Below the pieces are notes generated by a model that saw only the letters and a list, made by a program, of their open reading frames with translations, was not told the origin of the DNA and did no database searches. A DNA stretch of 50,858 nucleotides from a virus, in the IMG/VR virus record IMGVR_UViG_3300020215_000011; one strand, 5' to 3'. The position numbers were made by a program, and so were the translations under genes. This document shows, piece after piece, positions 48,524 to 50,858 of this stretch. Positions within the stretch are counted from its first letter, which is position 1; each line of letters opens with the position of its first letter.

Positions 48524-49134
48524 CGGCGCACCGCCTTTCGCTCCTCGCCGTTCTGACGCCACATGTCGGCCTTCGCGACCCAGCGGCGCAAACGCTCCCG
48601 AAGGTTCAGCCGCGCGATCTGCGCTGGCGTGAACTTGCCTTGTACGTGCGCCATGTTTTTGCTGGCTTGCACGAGCAGGTCGAGCTTCGGATAGCCGTCC
48701 CGCAGACTGATCCACCAGTCCGGGACCGATAGCCACTCGGTACGAAAGGGCTCAGGACAGGCTTGCAAGAACTCGAAGTCGGCTGAAAGCAACAGCCCTT
48801 TCGCCTTGTCCAAGTCTTCCTGAGACAACGTCCTTGGCGTCTTAGAACTGCTCTTTGGAGCTTCTAGAAACTTAGAACCAACAGCACTTGCTGCTTTAAG
48901 GGTCGAAAAGACCCCACCGTTTTGTGACACGTCACGTGACTCGTCACGTGACCTATGCCTCTGCTGCCGCTCCCGATCGTTGGCGCGTCGAGCCTCGATC
49001 TCTGCTTCGACGGACGAAAAGTAGCCACCGGCATACAGGCGAGCGATGTGCGCTCCAGCCGTTGCCTGGGTGTCTTTGTCGTACCGCTCGAACAGCTCGA
49101 CGGCCTTCAAGAGCAGTTCGACCTCTGGCTTCAC
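48520..49134 (-). CDS. Hypothetical protein (204 aa) carrying a low-GC, repeat-bearing linker; candidate replication initiator
   Basis: ORF track; contains the palindrome and iteron cluster at 48841-48952. Confidence 0.55.
   Translation of the reverse strand: MKPEVELLLKAVELFERYDKDTQATAGAHIARLYAGGYFSSVEAEIEARRANDRERQQRHRSRDESRDVSQNGGVFSTLKAASAVGSKFLEAPKSSSKTPRTLSQEDLDKAKGLLLSADFEFLQACPEPFRTEWLSVPDWWISLRDGYPKLDLLVQASKNMAHVQGKFTPAQIARLNLRERLRRWVAKADMWRQNGEERKAVRR
48931..48952. repeat. Tandem 10-bp perfect palindromes GTCACGTGAC-TC-GTCACGTGAC
   Basis: Read directly; CTTAGAAC also occurs twice at 48841 and 48871. Confidence 0.9.
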
Positions 49135-49481
49135 TCAGCCACCGTTGGCAGCCGGGCGCCCTTGCGTCGATTGCACGGGCCGCAGAGGGCCTGAAGGTTC
49201 TCGAGGTCGTCACTGCCGCCGCGGGACCACGCGATGATGTGGTCCATCTGGAGGTCGTGGGTTCGCCCGCAGTGCTGACACACGCGGTCACGTTCGATCA
49301 CCGCGTCTCGCACGGACTCCGGGATCGGTGGCCGAGATGGTCGCGGTCGGGAGCAGCGCGGCCGGCGGTTCCGGCAGTAGAACCGGAACATCTCGGTGAC
49401 GACGAGGGCGCGGTCCTCGGGCGAGAGCGTCAGTAGCAGCCGCTCGACCTTGGCATGTACGGCGGTCGCTCGCGGCGTCAC
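49131..49481 (-). CDS. HNH endonuclease (116 aa)
   Basis: ..CQHCGRTHDLQMDHIIAWSRGGSDDLENLQALCGPCNRRKG.. Confidence 0.8.
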   Translation of the reverse strand: MTPRATAVHAKVERLLLTLSPEDRALVVTEMFRFYCRNRRPRCSRPRPSRPPIPESVRDAVIERDRVCQHCGRTHDLQMDHIIAWSRGGSDDLENLQALCGPCNRRKGARLPTVAE

Positions 49482-49548
49482 GCGGCCACCGGGGTAACTG
49501 GCTGCCCGAACTGACTATGAAAATGCACTCGGATTCTAAAAAAGGGGG

Positions 49549-49920
49549 TCATTGCGCCTCCCGCGCCGCGAACTTGTTGGCGGCGGTCACGATGCGGAAA
49601 TCAAATCGCTCGGCGCCGAGCGGGGTGACGACGAGGCGGCCCGTCGCATAGTCGAAGTCCGTCCGGTCATGGCAGGCACGACAAACGGCCACGAGATTCG
49701 ACGGGTCGGAGAGCGGGCCACCAGCCGATCGTTTGACGACGTGATGCGGGTCCACGGCGATCGCACGGCAGCGGCGGCCCTCGAGGACGACTTCGCAGCG
49801 GCCGGCGGCCCGCTGGAACACGAGCGCGACGGCCTGCTTGTAGGGGCGGTCCTGGCGTCTCCGCTTCCGGCTGACCGGACGGAGCGGGCGCCCTCGACGG
49901 GCGGGCGCTGCGCGCCTCAC
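49549..49920 (-). CDS. HNH endonuclease (123 aa)
   Basis: ..DPHHVVKRSAGGPLSDPSNLVAVCRACHD..; GTG in a GTGA overlap. Confidence 0.7.
   Translation of the reverse strand: MRRAAPARRGRPLRPVSRKRRRQDRPYKQAVALVFQRAAGRCEVVLEGRRCRAIAVDPHHVVKRSAGGPLSDPSNLVAVCRACHDRTDFDYATGRLVVTPLGAERFDFRIVTAANKFAAREAQ
49887..49903 (-). promoter_or_regulatory. Identical 17-mer hairpin inside the 5' end of the HNH gene (read in a different frame)
   Basis: 14 nt downstream of GTG 49920. Confidence 0.6.
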
Positions 49921-50446
49921 GGATTCGCCTCGAAGAACGCGCGGGCGAAGTTCGGCGGGGTGATCGCGTCCCGCGGGCTGGCGTTCTCCAGCTTCGTCTG
50001 CCAGGTGGACGGCTTCGTGCGGCGCCCGACGGTGTACATCGGCGGCGTGAAGCGGCCCCAGAGGCCGGTCGGCTTCTCTCCCGCGTCGCCGTACTCCCAC
50101 TGGCGGAACTTCCACGCGGGCGGGCCGAGATAGCGCCGCAGTTTGTTCATCGGGTTCTCGAGCGCCCACCACACCGGCCGGTAGATCACCACCGCACGCA
50201 GGCAGGCATCCACGACCGACAGGGCGGCCCGGAGCTCGTCCTCCGTCGGTTCGTAGCGGTTGCGCGCGTACGAGAACACCGTGCAGGGCGGCGCCGCGAG
50301 GATGCCGTGGACCCGCAGGCGCTCGTACCGCAGCAGGCGAACATCGTTCGGGAGATCGAATCCCCGGACGTCGTACCCCGCCAGCTTGTAGGGTCCGACC
50401 ACAAGCCCGTCCCCGCACACAGATCGAGCACCACGCGGTGTCTCAC
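49917..50446 (-). pseudogene. Small C5-cytosine-methyltransferase-like gene needing a -1 frameshift near 50390-50392
   Basis: Frame A (GTG 50446, GTGA-coupled) encodes motif I VVLDLCAGTGLWSDP. Frame B encodes YKLAGYDV..PPCTVFS (motif IV)..ALENP (VI)..ITPPNFARAFFEA (X-like). Confidence 0.6.
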
Positions 50447-50712
50447 CGCCGCGCCCCGCCGTTCGACGGCGCCGACGGCGTCCCTTCGGGACGGGCGTTC
50501 TCCCGACGCAGGGCGCGAATCGCGGCGACGCGCACGTTCTCGGGCAGGCGCCCGAACAGCTCGACGCACAGCCGCTCGAGATCGCCGATCGCGTTGCCGG
50601 TGCCGCCCATGATCTCGATGGCCTTGAAGGCCACGCGGATCTGCGCTTCCTGCTCCGGTGTCGCGCAGGACGCCACGATCTTCCGCCAGAGGGCGTCCGC
50701 CTGATGGCTCAC
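50443..50712 (-). CDS. Hypothetical protein (89 aa)
   Basis: ORF track; GTG start in a GTGA overlap with the junction gene. Confidence 0.6.
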   Translation of the reverse strand: MSHQADALWRKIVASCATPEQEAQIRVAFKAIEIMGGTGNAIGDLERLCVELFGRLPENVRVAAIRALRRENARPEGTPSAPSNGGARR

Positions 50713-50858
50713 GCGATCCTCACCGCGCAGAAGTCACACTCGCGCGTCCCCGGCGGGACCAGGACGCGGGCCAGCCGGACCAGCGCGGCCCCCAGCCGGA
50801 GGTCGTGGGCGCAGTCCGCGCACAGCGTCGCCTCCGGGGAGCGATACACCGGGACCAG
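50709..50858 (-). CDS. Same junction-spanning zinc-ribbon gene, 3' part (5'-truncated by window end)
   Basis: Stop TGA 50709-50711 overlaps the GTG start of the 50443..50712 gene (GTGA). Confidence 0.6.
   Translation of the reverse strand: MVPVYRSPEATLCADCAHDLRLGAALVRLARVLVPPGTRECDFCAVRIA
50732..50858. repeat. Terminal direct repeat, right copy (identical to 1..127)
   Basis: Read directly; 127 nt is also a common assembler k-mer overlap for circular contigs. Confidence 0.95.

Noticed and set aside
49482-49548. Intrinsic terminator after the second HNH gene (CCCCCUUUUUU on the minus strand)
   Set aside because: A U-tract is present, but I could not build a convincing upstream GC stem. It may still be a weak terminator or promoter gap.
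1-50858. CRISPR arrays, rRNA genes, transposases/IS elements, reverse transcriptase/retron, toxin-antitoxin pairs
   Set aside because: No spaced direct-repeat arrays, rRNA-like sequence, DDE/transposase motifs or RT motifs were seen on either strand.

Overview
The first 127 bases of the window are identical to the last 127 (1..127 = 50732..50858). The window is therefore one circularly closing 50,731-bp unit: a complete, visibly high-GC temperate phage genome. One small gene only closes across the joined ends. Almost all genes are on the minus strand as one long arc. It starts at a divergent switch region (8824-8875), runs leftward through early, recombination and integrase genes (8.8 kb to 1), and crosses the junction into replication, methylase, HNH and glycosyltransferase genes (50.7 to 39.6 kb). 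It continues through TerS, TerL, portal, scaffold and capsid (38.6 to 26.9 kb), tail and ejection-protein genes (26.7 to 13 kb), and a lysis cassette ending at 9788. Only four plus-strand genes look real: a repressor-like gene and two lipoproteins at 8873-9791, and one small gene at 31623-31901. No tape-measure, tube or sheath gene was recognised. The 245/494/647-aa protein trio resembles the P22 ejection proteins in size and order, so a short-tailed P22-like layout is suggested by inference. Spanins, lipoproteins and an O-antigen-ligase homolog point to a Gram-negative host. I found no rRNA, tRNA or CRISPR. The main oddities: (1) a family of about 20 GC hairpins, six of them identical 17-mers, sitting on stop/start junctions of the early arc. 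(2) A gene interrupted by an in-frame TGA at an expected Cys position, followed by a perfect hairpin. (3) Two frameshifted genes. (4) A Gly/Ser/Thr/Pro-rich protein between terS and terL, alongside a P4H-like oxygenase and several glycosyltransferases. (5) Dense NTGA/TGATG translational coupling, Cys-rich micro-ORFs and more than 20 zinc-ribbon-like small proteins. Family names come from motif recognition by eye, not from searches.
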